From Octopus vulgaris (Eukaryota): DNA of 64,000 nucleotides. Positions 1 to 15,192 of this stretch are shown here, one piece after another. Within the stretch, counting starts at the first letter, position 1, and each line of letters begins with the position of its first letter. The notes below the pieces were generated by a model. The model made no database searches. It was not told the origin of the DNA and was given only the letters and a program-made list of their open reading frames with translations. The stretch spans positions 56,668,001 to 56,732,000 of the forward strand of contig OX597832.1 of assembly GCA_951406725.2 (NCBI GenBank), read 5' to 3'. The position numbers and the translations under genes were made by a program.

Positions 1-678
1 AGATGATAACGATGATGATGATGATGGTGATGGTGGATTGAGTGATAATCATGATGATGATGATGATGATGATGATGTATTATTTTCCATGATACCATGA
101 GTTAGAAAATGGAGAAATTCAATTCGTTGATGTATGAGAGTCTTATAAATGTTGACAGCGTATCAATGTGGGGTAAGATATTGGTATCAATAAATTTCTG
201 AAGGAAACCAATTCAAAATTTTTGGAAAAAATATTTACTGTTTTTTTTATTATTATTATTGTTGTTTTGTTCGTGTTTATCCAATCAAAAAGAATTATAT
301 AAATTACTTAAAGACATCGTATATCATCCATCCATCCATCCGGCTTTCTACCCATTCACCAAACGAATACACACACATGTATACGTATACAGACACACAT
401 ACATAAATGTGTATAAATATACATACATAGATACATACATACATAGATACATACATACATAATATATCTAACCAGCATTCATACATACACTCATATAAAT
501 ACATATATACACAAATATATGACTATTACAATAAATTTTACCAATTCTCTTGTAGCTCTTTATTTTCTATCCAAACATACATACATACATACATACATAC
601 ATACGAACATTTACACTGATATATACATACATACTACAAACACACATATGCACATGTGTGCACAGATACATTCTATAA

Positions 679-955
679 TTCTTTTACTTGTTTCAGTCAT
701 TTGACTGAGTGCCATGCTGGAGCACTGCCTTTAGTCGAACAAATCGACCCCAGGACTTATTCTTTGTAAGCCTAGTACTTATTCTATTGATCTCTTTTTG
801 CTGAACCGCTAAGTTACAGCGATGTAAACATACCAACATCGATTGTCAAAAGATGGTGGTGGTACAAACACAGACACAGAAATACATATATATATCCTTT
901 ATTTCTACAAATATCAAGGTCTCATTCTTTTGTCGTTATACATATTCTTCTTCTT

Positions 956-986
<31 letters not shown>

Positions 987-1148
987 TTATTATTATAATT
1001 ATAATATATACATATACAATGGGCTTCTTTCAGGTTTCGTCTACCTGAGGCTATAGTAGAAGACACTTGCCCAAGGTGCCACACAGCGTAACTGAACCCG
1101 GAACCATGTGGTTGGGAAGTAAGCTACTTACCACACAACCACTTGCAC
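679..1148 (-). mobile_element. tRNA-derived SINE, family A (CORE-like), with expanded internal simple repeats
   Basis: Reverse complement of the family A pattern: head ...gtggtaagtagctt...ggttccgggttcagt, ccttgggcaagtgtctt CORE-like motif, tail gactgaaacaagtaaaaga. Confidence 0.85.
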
Positions 1149-1443
1149 ACAATTATTTCGGTTTTTTTGAGGCTATACTTTACTAATTTTAACACATACA
1201 CACACTAGACTGTCTGTTTTGGTATGGTTTCTATGGCTGGATGTCTTTCCTAACACCAGCCACGTAGCAGAGTGTGCTGGGTGTCTTTTATGTGCCACTT
1301 ACATGGCTGCATTTAGATGGCACTGGCACAAGTGCTTTTTAAGTGGCACTGGCACCTGAAAGGATATATATACACTCACACACACATATATATCATCATC
1401 ATCATCATCATCATCGTTTTCCATGCTGGCATGGATTGGACCC

Positions 1444-1477
<34 letters not shown>

Positions 1478-1545
1478 ATATATATGTAATCATCATCATA
1501 ATCATCACCATCATCATCATCATCATCATCACCATCACCATCATC

Positions 1546-1577
<32 letters not shown>

Positions 1578-1610
1578 CATCATCATCGTTTAACGTCAGC
1601 TTTCCATGCT

Positions 1611-1650
<40 letters not shown>

Positions 1651-1653
<3 letters not shown>

Positions 1654-2060
1654 CAGCCTGTTTAAAAGTACCCTTCAATCATTGGGCAATATGCTGTGCA
1701 TGAGTAGACCATGGGAAATCATAGTTGTGGACGATGCCAGTGCTACCTGACTGGCACCTGCGCCAGTGCCACGTAAAAAGACTCATTCAAGCATGACTGA
1801 TAACAGTGCCAAATGGCATGTAAAAAGCACCATTCGAGCGTGGTTGATGCCAGTGACACCTGACTAGCCTCCATGCTGGTTGTACATAAAAAGCACCCAC
1901 TACACTCTCAGTGTGGTTGGCATTAGGTAGGGCATCCAGCTGTAGAAACTTTGCCAGATCAGATTGGAGCTGGGTGCAGCCTCCTGGCTTGCCAGTCCTC
2001 AGTCAAGCTGTCCAACCCATGCAAGCATGGAAAACGGACATTAAATGATGATGATGATGA
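1651..2060 (+). mobile_element. Family C retroposon 3' end (RTE-like 3' UTR with tandem units, (GAT)n tail)
   Basis: Repeated gcacgtaaaaagcacc-like units, tggcattaggtagggcatccagctgtagaaac, ends ggacattaaatgatgatgat. Confidence 0.75.
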
Positions 2061-2116
2061 TATCTACACAAATATTCAACAAGAGAATGAGTGCTCAACA
2101 TGACATTGGTGGATAG

Positions 2117-2313
2117 TATTTCTTTATTTGTGTATTAAGGCTACCACTGGTTTCATGTTAAGAAAAATATCCTAATATTTTGACAATTTTTCAAGACAAT
2201 CATACGGAGGAATGGTGTTCATCTCTATTTTGCATGAAAACAATTGTTAAGATATAAAAATATTTTTCTTAACATGAAACCAATGGTAGCCTTAATACAC
2301 AAATAAAGAAATA
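2117..2313. repeat. Long inverted repeat, about 85-bp arms, possibly a Penelope-like terminal remnant
   Basis: tatttctttatttgtgtattaaggctaccactggtttcatgttaagaaaaatat is the reverse complement of atatttttcttaacatgaaaccaatggtagccttaatacacaaataaagaaata (one mismatch). Confidence 0.85.
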
Positions 2314-2694
2314 TATATATATATATATATATATGAAAGTCCAAGCTATAGCTTTACATTTAGTCATGTCTGAAGATAGTCAAATTAGAACTGTAATCTT
2401 CTTTGTGGTAAAGCAATTTACTAACATGGTAACAAGAATTGCTTGTTATGAGACTAAATTTACAATATTATATATGGAAAATATTTATGTGTGTGCATGC
2501 ATACATGTATGTATTTATGTAATTATGACAAATATCTGGAGAGTTTCCATACAAAATTTAAAAAACGCAATCTGATTAACAGTTAGTAAGTTGTAAACTT
2601 TTAAATTTTATTTCAGATACTATCATAATTTAATGTTCTCAAAATGCAGAAATAAGCAGAATAAACACATACATACATACATACAACATATAAC

Positions 2695-2783
<89 letters not shown>

Positions 2784-2795
2784 TATGTATGTATG

Positions 2796-2828
<33 letters not shown>

Positions 2829-2992
2829 GTGTATGCATGTATGTATGTATGTATGTATAAATTTATATAATACCTGTCAGCTTGTCAATAAAGGAAACAT
2901 TGTTTTTCTTATTTTCTTTAATAAACTTGTCGCTATCTTTATAATGAAAACTACTTGTTTAAGAACGAAGATTTTAAAGTTTTACAACAGCT

Positions 2993-3002
2993 TATGATAA
3001 TG

Positions 3003-3074
<72 letters not shown>

Positions 3075-3149
3075 GATGATAATAATAGTAATAATAATAA
3101 TAATAATAATGATGATGATGATGATGATGATGATGATAATAATAATAAC

Positions 3150-3193
<44 letters not shown>

Positions 3194-3226
3194 TAATAAT
3201 AATAATGATGATGATGATGATGATGA
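2993..3226. repeat. (TAA)n/(GAT)n compound microsatellite
   Basis: Directly visible. Confidence 0.97.
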
Positions 3227-3555
3227 ATGCAGGAAGCTAAATAAATGCCTCTGCGAACTAGTACACTGTTGATCGATTGCAGCAGTGATGTGCTGTATTA
3301 TTTCTCATGCTGTTATCTCAATGTCTCAGCTTATTGACAAATACCGTAAAAATACTTCATTGATTAGATATGCCAATGCAAGAACACATGCGATAAAGGT
3401 AAAATGCATGCAGGAAAGGTGAGGTGGTCGTCTTTGTGACCTAATTTTACTAATCTAACTCCATACTGACTCATGAAAGTGGAAGCCGTAATACGTCAAG
3501 ATATAACCTTGAATCAATTTATTCATTTTCAAAAAAAAAAACTAAAAAAAAAAAA

Positions 3556-3752
3556 AATGGTAGCACGCCAGGCAAAATGCTTAGCGGTATTTCATCTGTC
3601 TTTGCATTCTGAGTTGAAATTCTGCCAAGCTTGACTTTGCCTTTCATCTTTTGAAGGTCAATAAGTTAAGTATCAGTTGCATACTGGGATCGATCTAATC
3701 GACTGGCCCCCCTCTCCAAAACTTTCAGGCCTTGTGCCTAGAGCAGAAAAGA
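3556..3752 (+). mobile_element. SINE family B monomer
   Basis: tagcacgccaggcaaaatgcttagcggtatttc, ttctgagttgaaattc, gcctttcatc, tail ggccttgtgcctagagcagaaaaga. Confidence 0.8.
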
Positions 3753-4413
3753 TTATTGACCATAAACAAAGCAGCACAAAGTATCACACTGTCAGAACCA
3801 ATACAGTCATGCTGAAAGTTAATGACAGGGGAGTCCTTGTGTCTCCTGAAAGCTGCTAGACATAGCAGTCAGGTCTTCCTCAAATCACAACCTACTATCT
3901 TAAATAAAGATATGTTGGACAATGTTGTTCTAAATATATAGTTTTCTATCTTTTACATGTTTCAGTCATTAGACTGGGGCCATGCTGGGGCAACAAATCA
4001 GTCCCAATACTTATTTTTTCAAAGACTAGCACTTATTCTATTTGGTCTGGTTTCACCAAGTTACGGGGCCAGAAACAAACCAATACTGGTTGTCTAGCAG
4101 TGGAGGGGGGGGAGCAATAAACATGAACACAAACACACACACACACACACACACACATATGATGGGCTTCCCAACCACATGGTTCTGGGTTCAGTCCCAC
4201 TGTGTGGCACCTTGGGCAAGTGTCTTCTACAATAGCTACAGGTCAACCAGAGCCTTGAGAATGGATTTGGTAGGCAGAAACTGAGTATATATATATATAG
4301 TTTATAGATGTGTATATATATTTATAGTTTATAGATGAGAAATAGATATTCTCCATATATAATATACTTTGTAGTGCTCAAGAAGTTTAAACTTGAGCAG
4401 ATAGAGGAGTAAA

Positions 4414-4893
4414 TGTAAGGATAAGCATGTCAGGCAGGTCAATATACAAAATATATTAAATACCTTTAATACCAAAAATGTACATATGTATATATATGTA
4501 TAAAAAAGGTCCAACTTACACAGAATAGAAACGATATGAGGGATTAAAAGGGTTGAGTAAGAGTTTTAGGAACCCAACAGCTGTTTCTAGGGGCTCAGTC
4601 GTCCAAAATAATGATTGTAAACTGATTTCATTGTTCGGATAGTACCAGCCTCTGTCTTCAGAGAAGAAGTCTTAGTTTTGAGGTGATGACAGAAAGGAGA
4701 CTAAGGATGGACTGCACCAAGACCCCCCAGAAACAGCTGTTGGACTTGTAAAATTCTTATCCAACCCCTTTAATTCCTGATATCATTTCCATTCTGTGTA
4801 AGTCGGACATTTTCATATGTGAACATATATACACTTTTGTTAAATGTATTTAATGTTTTTGTATACTGACTGCCTGACTTGCTTATCCTTACA
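4414..4893. mobile_element. Inverted pair of Penelope-like terminal fragments, each with a degenerate hammerhead-like motif
   Basis: Arms about 4414-4600 and 4715-4893 are reverse complements; GAAACAGCTGTT on - (4576-4587) and on + (4730-4741). Confidence 0.6.
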
Positions 4894-5639
4894 CACACAC
4901 ACACACACACACACAGATATATCTTTGTGTGTGTGTTTTTGTCTGTGTTTACTCCCCATCGCCACTTGACAACCGGTGTTGGTGTGTTTATGTCCCGATA
5001 ACTTAACAGTTTGGCAAAAAGACTGATAGAATAAGTATGCAGCTTTTTTCCATTTAAAAAAAAAAAAAGAGGTACTAAGGCCAATTTATTTGACTAAGAA
5101 CCCTTCGATGTAGTGCTCCAGCATGGCCACAGTCTACTGACTGAAACAGGTAAAAGACAACAGATAAAAAAGTATTATCATTACTCAACGCAAACCAAAT
5201 GTGCAAAACACTAACCGGAGGTACTGTGCAGTGGGATTGAACCTGAAACCACTTGGCTACAAATCGAACGTCTTTAACCACAGAACCATGCCTGTACTTA
5301 GTTTTCCCATGGCTTCTGTTTTACAAGCTGAATGAGTCAACAGAATAATTTCTCCCTGAAACTCTGTCAAAAGCACTTATCTCGAGGCTTCATCTTGGAG
5401 GGAGCGAGTTTATATTTTGCCGCGACCCCTTCCTCTGCTTTTCCTATCCCCAACCCCGAGTTCTGGTACGTAACACTTTTCCATGCCTAACATGAATCAT
5501 CTGCTCTCCTCATCTCTCGCTCCTAAGCCAATACACTCGTCTCGGTGTTTTGCAATCAATCCTTATTGATTTCTTTACAACTCATTTGAATTATATTTTT
5601 ACAATGAAAGAAAATAGCACTCAACATTTGCATAAATGC

Positions 5640-7660
5640 ATTCACACACACACATACACACACACACACGCACATGCACACACACATGTACACATATATA
5701 CATACACATGTGCATACATGCACATATATATACATACACATGTGCATAGATACACATATATATACATGTATACATATATACATACACATGCATACATACA
5801 TACACATATATATATACATACACATGTACATAGATACACACACACATGCACACATACACACATGTACACATATATACGTACACATGTGCATACATATACA
5901 CACACACATACACAAATATATATATACATGTGTATACACATATACACACATGTATACATATATATATACATGTGCATACATGCACATATATATACATAGT
6001 GCATAGATACACACATATACACATGTACATATATACATACACATGCATATATACATATATAAATACACACATGCATACATATATACATAACATATGCATA
6101 CATACACACATGTATATATAAATACATATACATGTGCATACATATACACATACATACATATATATGTATATACATGTGAATACATACACACATGTATACA
6201 TATACACATACACGTGCATACATACACATGTACATACATACACACATATATACATACACATGTACATACATACACACACATATATACATATATACATATA
6301 CATACATACACACACACATATATATATACATACATATGTACAAACATACACATGCATACATATATACATATACATATGCATACATACACACATGTATACA
6401 TAAATACATACACATGTGCATAGGTACATACACACATGTATACATATATACTGACACATGTGCATACATACATATATAGATACACATGTGCATACATACA
6501 TATACACATGTATACATTTATACATGTGTGCACAAAGGTACAGAGAAACCCATGCAAGCATACACATGGGAACATGTATGATGATATATACTTACACATA
6601 GTCAAATGTATGCACACATGCATACATACACATTTGTGTGTGTGCACAATCACGTGTAGAAACATAAGCACACACACATATGTATGCACACACATACACA
6701 TGGAAATTTGAGCACATATTTATAATCATGCCTGTTCACACACATGCACACATACAAACACTTGCGCATGTACATACGCACAAGCTAACACCCACATGTG
6801 ACTACACAAATACCCCACCCCTCACATTTATTGGTACAGATTAATGTAAACATACATTAATATACACATACAAATATACAAACATGATCATACATACATA
6901 TACATATACGAACACACATATACACAAACATACACACATATACTGTATTAGCACAAACACACACATGCCTATACAGATACACCCATATAGTATATTAGCA
7001 CATATACACATATACAAATATTAAATACGCATGTACACATACACACACACAAACATTAGCCATACATAAGCACACACACACACACACATATATATATACA
7101 CAAACATTATATACACCTATAATTGCAAACATTAAACACGTCTTTACATATATATATACACAAACATTAAACACACGTATACACATATACATACACTAAC
7201 TTTGAACACACGCATACACATATACATACACAAACATTATATACACCTGCACATGCAAACATTAAACACGTATACACATATACATACACAAACATTACAC
7301 ACATGTATACACAACAAACATTTGACACACATATACACATATACATACACAAACATTATATACACATATACACACACACAAACATTATATACCCCTGCAC
7401 ATGCAAACATTAAACACACGTATACACATATACATACACAAACATTAAACATGTATACACACACAAACATTTGACACACATATACACATATAGATACACA
7501 AACATTATATACACATATACACACACAAACATTAAACACACCTACACACATATACATCTACAAACATTATATACACATACACACAAACAACCCACACATA
7601 TACATACACCAATACACAATTATACATACACACACACATAAACCAACAACATACATACAC
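5640..7660. repeat. Degenerate (CA/TA/TACA)n compound microsatellite with higher-order units
   Basis: Directly visible; cacaaacattatatacac-like unit recurs in 7000-7600. Confidence 0.95.
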
Positions 7661-8029
7661 GGAAAGATATGCGTAAAAGGATATTTTCAAATACAGAAAA
7701 CAGAATAAAACCAAAGTTTTCTCATAACGAATTAAAATAGAATATCATTCTGGATTTTGGCGGGTTTCACAAAAACATGATAGATTAGCATAATCCAAGC
7801 AGTGAAAATTATAATCAATGTTACAGAAATCTATAAAAATATATAAAGATTTATTATGTACAGTTTTACAGATACAGGAAGGAAAAACGGTTTTTTTAAT
7901 ATACAGACAACGTATAATTAAAGTTATATATACATATACATGTGTGTATGCGTGTGCATGTATGTATGTGTGTGTGTGTGTATAGATATGTGTGTATAAA
8001 TATTTATGTAGATAAACCAGCCTCCCCCC

Positions 8030-8087
<58 letters not shown>

Positions 8088-8156
8088 TACACACATATAT
8101 ATATATACATACATATATACCTTATATATACATACATGTATATTGAAATATATACG

Positions 8157-8199
<43 letters not shown>

Positions 8200-8208
8200 A
8201 TAATACAT

Positions 8209-8242
<34 letters not shown>

Positions 8243-8245
8243 GTA

Positions 8246-8297
<52 letters not shown>

Positions 8298-8307
8298 TAT
8301 ATATACA

Positions 8308-8427
8308 TGTAGGTATGGCTTGGGTTCAGTCCCACTGCATGGCACCTTGGGTAGATGTTTTCTACTATAGTCTCAGGCCGACCAAATTCTTGCGAGTAGA
8401 TATAGTAGATGGAAACTGAAAAAAGCC

Positions 8428-8469
<42 letters not shown>

Positions 8470-8700
8470 GTATGTATGTATATGTATATGTTTGTGCGTC
8501 TGTGTTTGTCTCCACCACCATTGCTTGAGAACTAATATTGGTGTTTTTACATCCCAGTAACTTAGCAGTTTGGTAAAAGAGACCAATAGAATAAGTACTA
8601 AGCTTACAAAGAATAAGTTCTCGGGTCAATTTGTTCGACAAAAAGCCGGTGCTTTGGCATGGCCACAGTCAAATGACTGAAACAAGTAAAAGAATAAAAG
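8308..8700 (+). mobile_element. SINE family A
   Basis: gggttcagtcccactgcatggcaccttggg, internal (TA)n, tail aatgactgaaacaagtaaaagaataaaag. Confidence 0.85.
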
Positions 8701-8811
8701 GTAATATAGAAAATGTTATCGGGCCGGGTGAAATGCTTAACGGTATTTCGCCTGTGTTTCTGTTAACAGTAGTGCATCAGCATGGCCGCAGCTCTGCGCT
8801 GAAACTACAGA

Positions 8812-8842
<31 letters not shown>

Positions 8843-8936
8843 ATCCAAACATGTAAGCACAAAAAAACACAACAACGTGAGGAGGTGGAACAAATATAGT
8901 ATTATTGGACGCTCAAGAAAGAAGGAAAGAAGGAGG

Positions 8937-8971
8937 GTTTAACGTTTCGAGCGGAGCTCTTCGTCGGAAAC
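8937..8971 (-). ncRNA. Minimal type-I hammerhead ribozyme-like motif within a Penelope-like fragment (about 8820-9025)
   Basis: Minus strand reads gttt CCGACGA a gagc tcc gctc GAAA cg TT aaac: 4-bp stem I, 4-bp stem II, palindromic AACGTT stem III, core U4>C. Confidence 0.65.
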
Positions 8972-9088
8972 ATAGGAGAAGGAAAGATCCAGAGAAGGGA
9001 AGACAGAGGAAAAAAAATTGCCAACATATTAATATACTTTTTATCTTATATTAAACTTGTTAATACTTTTTGATAGTTGTATATATTT

Positions 9089-9125
<37 letters not shown>

Positions 9126-9349
9126 TATAAAAATTTATAAATATAAATTAATAATTTTAATTTTAAATTTAAATAATTTAAATTTATTAAATTTTATATT
9201 TTATATATTTTGTATATTATATTAATTATTTTTATGTTTTGGTTTATGTTTTTCACTGTTTGATTTGCCTAATAGTGGTTTTATCTCTAATTTAATTTAT
9301 ATATATATATATATAGGTATGTATACACACAGACACACACACACACACC

Positions 9350-9590
9350 ATCATCATCATTATTTAGTGTCCATTTTCCATGGATGACTTGCCGGTTCCT
9401 GCCAAGGCCAGGGGCCATACCAGGATCCATTGTCTGTTTTGGCATGGTTTCTGTGGCTGGATGCCTTTCCTAACACCAACTATTTTGCAGAGTGTACAGT
9501 GTAGTTTTCATTTGGGACCATCATCGGTGCTTTTTGCATGGCATCAGTACCTATGCCAATGCTCTTTTATGTGGAACCTTGGTTTTAGGA
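9350..9590 (-). mobile_element. Family C degenerate copy
   Basis: gtccattttccatgg...tggctggatgcctttcctaacaccaac. Confidence 0.6.
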
Positions 9591-9665
9591 TATCAACTCT
9601 ATTGTGGTGGGTGGATCGTCACACAAGATTTTTTTTTATTCTCTCCCTGCTTATTTTCTCTTATT

Positions 9666-9702
9666 CTTTTCTGTTGAAGAGCATAGGCTCGAAATGTAAA
9701 AG
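9666..9702 (+). ncRNA. Minimal hammerhead-like motif with a variant core
   Basis: ctttt CTGTTGA a gagc atag gctc GAAA tg TA aaag; stems I and II pair, core A6>U. Confidence 0.5.
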
Positions 9703-10308
9703 ACTTTCTCACTTTCCCGAATGTCAAACTAATACACCTGTTTGTTGTTTAAACACCTGTCTTCGAGACAGTGCTCCCTTGAAGACAGTGCTCCAGCATG
9801 GCCACAGTCAAATGACTAAAACAAGCAAAAGAATAAAATAATATATATAGGATGTGTGTGTGTGTGTGTGTGTGTTTGCATATGTCTGTGTATGAAATTT
9901 TCTCATCAAATATATAAATTCATGGATTGCCGAGCAAGACAGATTCCGTCACTGATCCATAATTTGGTAACTTCAGATTGATAGCAGCTGTTACGCATTA
10001 TGCTAGAATTACTTGTTCCAACCTGCCACTGCCACTTTTTCTACTAAACAGAATTCTTCATAGAACGGAACACAGCGGAGTATTATGTGAAATGCATCCA
10101 GTGTGTTCATAAGAACATTTATTAAATATGCTATTTGAAAAGGGATATGTGATATATTAACAGAAGAAATTAAGATCAAACTTCTTCACTGGAATGTCAT
10201 AAAGTTCAAAGATTATTTATTTATTTTCAAGATTTATTTGATAAGAAATAGAAATATTATCTTCACCCCCATACAGAGATATAAATACACTTGCATATAT
10301 GCTCTCTA

Positions 10309-10380
<72 letters not shown>

Positions 10381-10673
10381 AATACACATATATGCATGCC
10401 TAAAATATAATTAAATATATATAGTATTAACTAGAAACCACTCTCAAAAGGATCAAGATGGTGTTAAACATGAAGCATAAATATTATTTATTAATCAAAT
10501 GATTCATGACACTCAGCCAGATGTTTCACTTTCATAGAGTAGGTACTAGGTTTACAAAGAATGAGTCCTGGAGGTCAATTTCTTCAATTAAAATCCTCTA
10601 AGGCGGTGCTCCAGCATTGCCACAGTGAAATGACTGAAACAAGTAAAAGAATAAAAAAATATATATATATACA

Positions 10674-11305
<632 letters not shown>

Positions 11306-12037
11306 CTCCTGTTGAAGATGATGTATGAGTAGTCAACAAGAGGACCAAAAAACAAAAAAAAAAACTGTTCCAACCAATTAGACAATCAACTCACATTACT
11401 ATCACTACAATTCACCAATGTTTACAATTCATTTACTTCACCTGGTCACTTCTCTTGTGAGTCTTCAGGCCACTGAAAGCAATATGGATATGAACTTGAC
11501 TTAGCGCACACACATGCACCCAATGGCCTTATTTTACTATGCCTTACATTAACGACATCCCCAAAATGTTGCCACTTCATATCATATTTGGGAACTCTGT
11601 TAAACAGTTGAATCAACAATACCCATATCTAATGATGGAGTGGAATGACAATATAAACAGAAACCAGAATATTTCACCAACCCTCTGGCCTGCTTCATGT
11701 TGGTACATGTGTCAACATCTTCCCTGGCTCAGAAGCAGAGAGGAAGAATACAAGATTTTCTTTATCATGGGTGGAACAGAATTGAAAGTTTATATGTTTA
11801 GTTAGGAAACTGTGCCAGACTAATTCATAACATTCACCCAGATAAATGTATGGTTCAGCTTCGTTTTTCTCTTTTTGGTAAGAAAAATACTACTACTAAT
11901 AATAATAATAACAATAATATCTTTTATTTGCCATCAGGGTGACAGATGAGGGGACAATAGAAAGCAAGACATAAAGCGCTGGGCTCATATAGATTGGAAT
12001 GGTTTTGAAAAATGCTGAAAGAATACATGATACAAAA

Positions 12038-12081
<44 letters not shown>

Positions 12082-12151
12082 ATAATAATAATAATAATAA
12101 TAATAAATGATGATGATGATGATGACGATGATGATGATGATAATAATAATA

Positions 12152-12335
12152 ATCCTTTCTACTATAGGCACAAGGCCCGAAATTGTAGGGGAGGGGACTA
12201 GTTGATTACATCGACCCCCAATGTTTCACTGGTACTTAATTTATTGGCCCCGAAAAAGATGAAAGGCAAAACTGATTTCGGCAGAATTTGAACTCGGAAC
12301 ATAAAGATGGATGAAACGGTGCTAAGCATTCCTGG
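12152..12335 (-). mobile_element. SINE family B
   Basis: cctttctactataggcacaaggcccgaaat...gatgaaaggcaaa...gaatttgaactc. Confidence 0.8.
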
Positions 12336-12382
12336 TGTGTCTCTGTTTGGGACTTGGAACAGCTCATATAAAACAATAACAA

Positions 12383-13059
<677 letters not shown>

Positions 13060-13706
13060 GGATGATGATAATGATAATGATGATGATGATAATAATGATG
13101 ATGATGATGATGAGGATGATGATGATGATGAGGATGAGGAGGAGGAGGAGGATAATGATGATGAACTCTCCTGTCAAAGACAACGTATGAGTGGTTAGCT
13201 TTTGCCGAATGACCTGTACAAATGATCTGTTTATAGTGACCATATGTTCATGTCACACCTTAGCTCACTCGCTCCATCAAATCAACACTGCCTGAAAAGG
13301 TGCACGATGTAATTGACTTAATCCCTTTGTCTGTCCTTGTTTGTCCCCTCCTTGTGGGCAATAAAGAAATATATATATATATATATAGCAGTGTATACTT
13401 ATTGGATATAGTAATTTACATATTAAACGCATTCCTGGAAGCAGTGTTGATTTATTAAAACCATTTAATATATTTTATTGTATACTATGGTTGCATAATG
13501 AAATACCATGAACAAACAAGTCATTAGTATCAATTGAATAATCCCCAGTATATGACAGGTAAATATTGTTTTTAGAGAAATGAAAACTAAGCCGCCCTCA
13601 GCAAGATTTGAACTTGCGAAGTAGAGAAACAAATTCAAATTTAGGTAGGTATTCTGCTGCTTCAACAATGCCACTGTCAAAGTGCGTATGAGAAGAAAAT
13701 ATTCTT

Positions 13707-14337
13707 TTCTACTCTTGGCATAAGGCCAGACATTTTTGGGGAAATTGGGGCCAGTCAATTAGATTGACTCCAGTATGCAACTAGTACTTAATTTATTGAC
13801 CCCAAAAGGATGAAAGGCAAAGTCAACCTCAGTGGAATTTGAACTCAGAAAATAAAGACAGACGAAATACCTATTTCTTTACTACCCACATGGGGCTAAA
13901 CACAGAGAGGACAAACAAAGACAGACAAACGGTTTAAGTCGATTATATCGACCCCAGTGCATAACTGGTACTTATTTAATCGACCCCGAAAGGATGAAAG
14001 GCAAAGTCGACCTCGGTGGAATTTGAACTCAGAACATAGCGGCATACGAAATACTGCTAAGCATTTCGCCCGGCATGCTAATGTTTCTGCCAGCTCACCG
14101 CCTATTGTTTATGGACAATAATCTTTTCTACTCTAGGTACAAGGCCCGAAATTTTTGGAGAGGGGGCCAGTCAATTAGATCGACTCCAGTATGCAACTAG
14201 TACTTAGTTTATCAACCCCGAAAAGGATGAAAGACAAAGTCGACCTGGGTGGAATTTGAACTCAGAATGTAAAGACAGACAAAATACCACTATGCATTTC
14301 ACCCAGCATGCTAACATTTCTGCCAGCTTGCCACCTT
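13707..14337 (-). mobile_element. SINE family B dimer plus an adjacent monomer
   Basis: Three copies of aaaggatgaaaggcaaagtcgacctc...gaatttgaactcagaa; junction gacgaaatacctatttcttt at about 13861. Confidence 0.85.
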
Positions 14338-14859
14338 ACGAGAAGAAAATATTAACACCAACATATGTTTGTGGAATCATATATTAACAAATGTCTGGTA
14401 TTTTTTTTTTTTTTGGTCTTAACTAAATATATTCTTCAGGAATGTTCCCCGATAGAAAATAGGAAATAATTGAGTTTCCATTTTAAACTGAAAACATTCA
14501 AACGAGAAAGTTTCTAGAGGTTATTTTTAAGTTGAATATTGGAAAAACAATTTAATATCATTCACAAAATGAAAACTTACAAGATTAATAAAGACATATA
14601 TTCTGTAGGTTCATTACTGAAATTGAAAATCAATATCTTCTATTGAGGTCTATGATAATATATATATGTGTTCTTATTCATTTGGAATTGGTCGACTATA
14701 GAAGTATATAGAAACGGTAGTACAACGCCTCGGGTTTCTTTAACTCTATGTATCTACTATGTATCTACTGTCTAATCACGAACCTTGTTGTTCTGAGTTC
14801 AAATCTTGCTTAGATTTACTTCTATCTTCAACAATTTTTTTTCATTTCACTCAAAGAAT

Positions 14860-15192
14860 ATTCGTTTCTACTCTAGGCACAAGGCCCGAAATTTTGGGGG
14901 AGGGAGCCAGTCGATTAGATTGACTCCAGTATGCAACTGGTACTTAATTTATCGACCCCCGAAAGAATGAAAGGCAAAGTTGACCTCAGCAAAATTTGAA
15001 CTCAGAACGTAAAGACAGACGCAATACCTATTTCTTTACTACCCACTAGGGGCTAAACACAGAGGGGACAAACAAAGACAGACAAACAGAGTAAGTAGAT
15101 TATATCGACCCCAGTGCATAACTGATACTTAATTTATCAACCCCAAAAGGACGAAAGGCAAAGTCAACCACGACAGAATTTGAACTCAGAAC
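14860..15192 (-). mobile_element. SINE family B dimer, 5'-truncated
   Basis: Same body repeated twice with the same junction. Confidence 0.8.

Noticed and set aside
3254-3296. Short hairpin tagtacactgttg...cagcagtgatgtgctg as a miRNA candidate
   Set aside because: Only about 13 bp with a bulge and several G-U pairs; too short for a precursor
5550-6711. Long ORFs of up to 381 aa (also 18861-19724, 29039-30178, 52611-53465)
   Set aside because: They are translations of CA/TA/TAA microsatellites that lack stop codons by composition; no domain content
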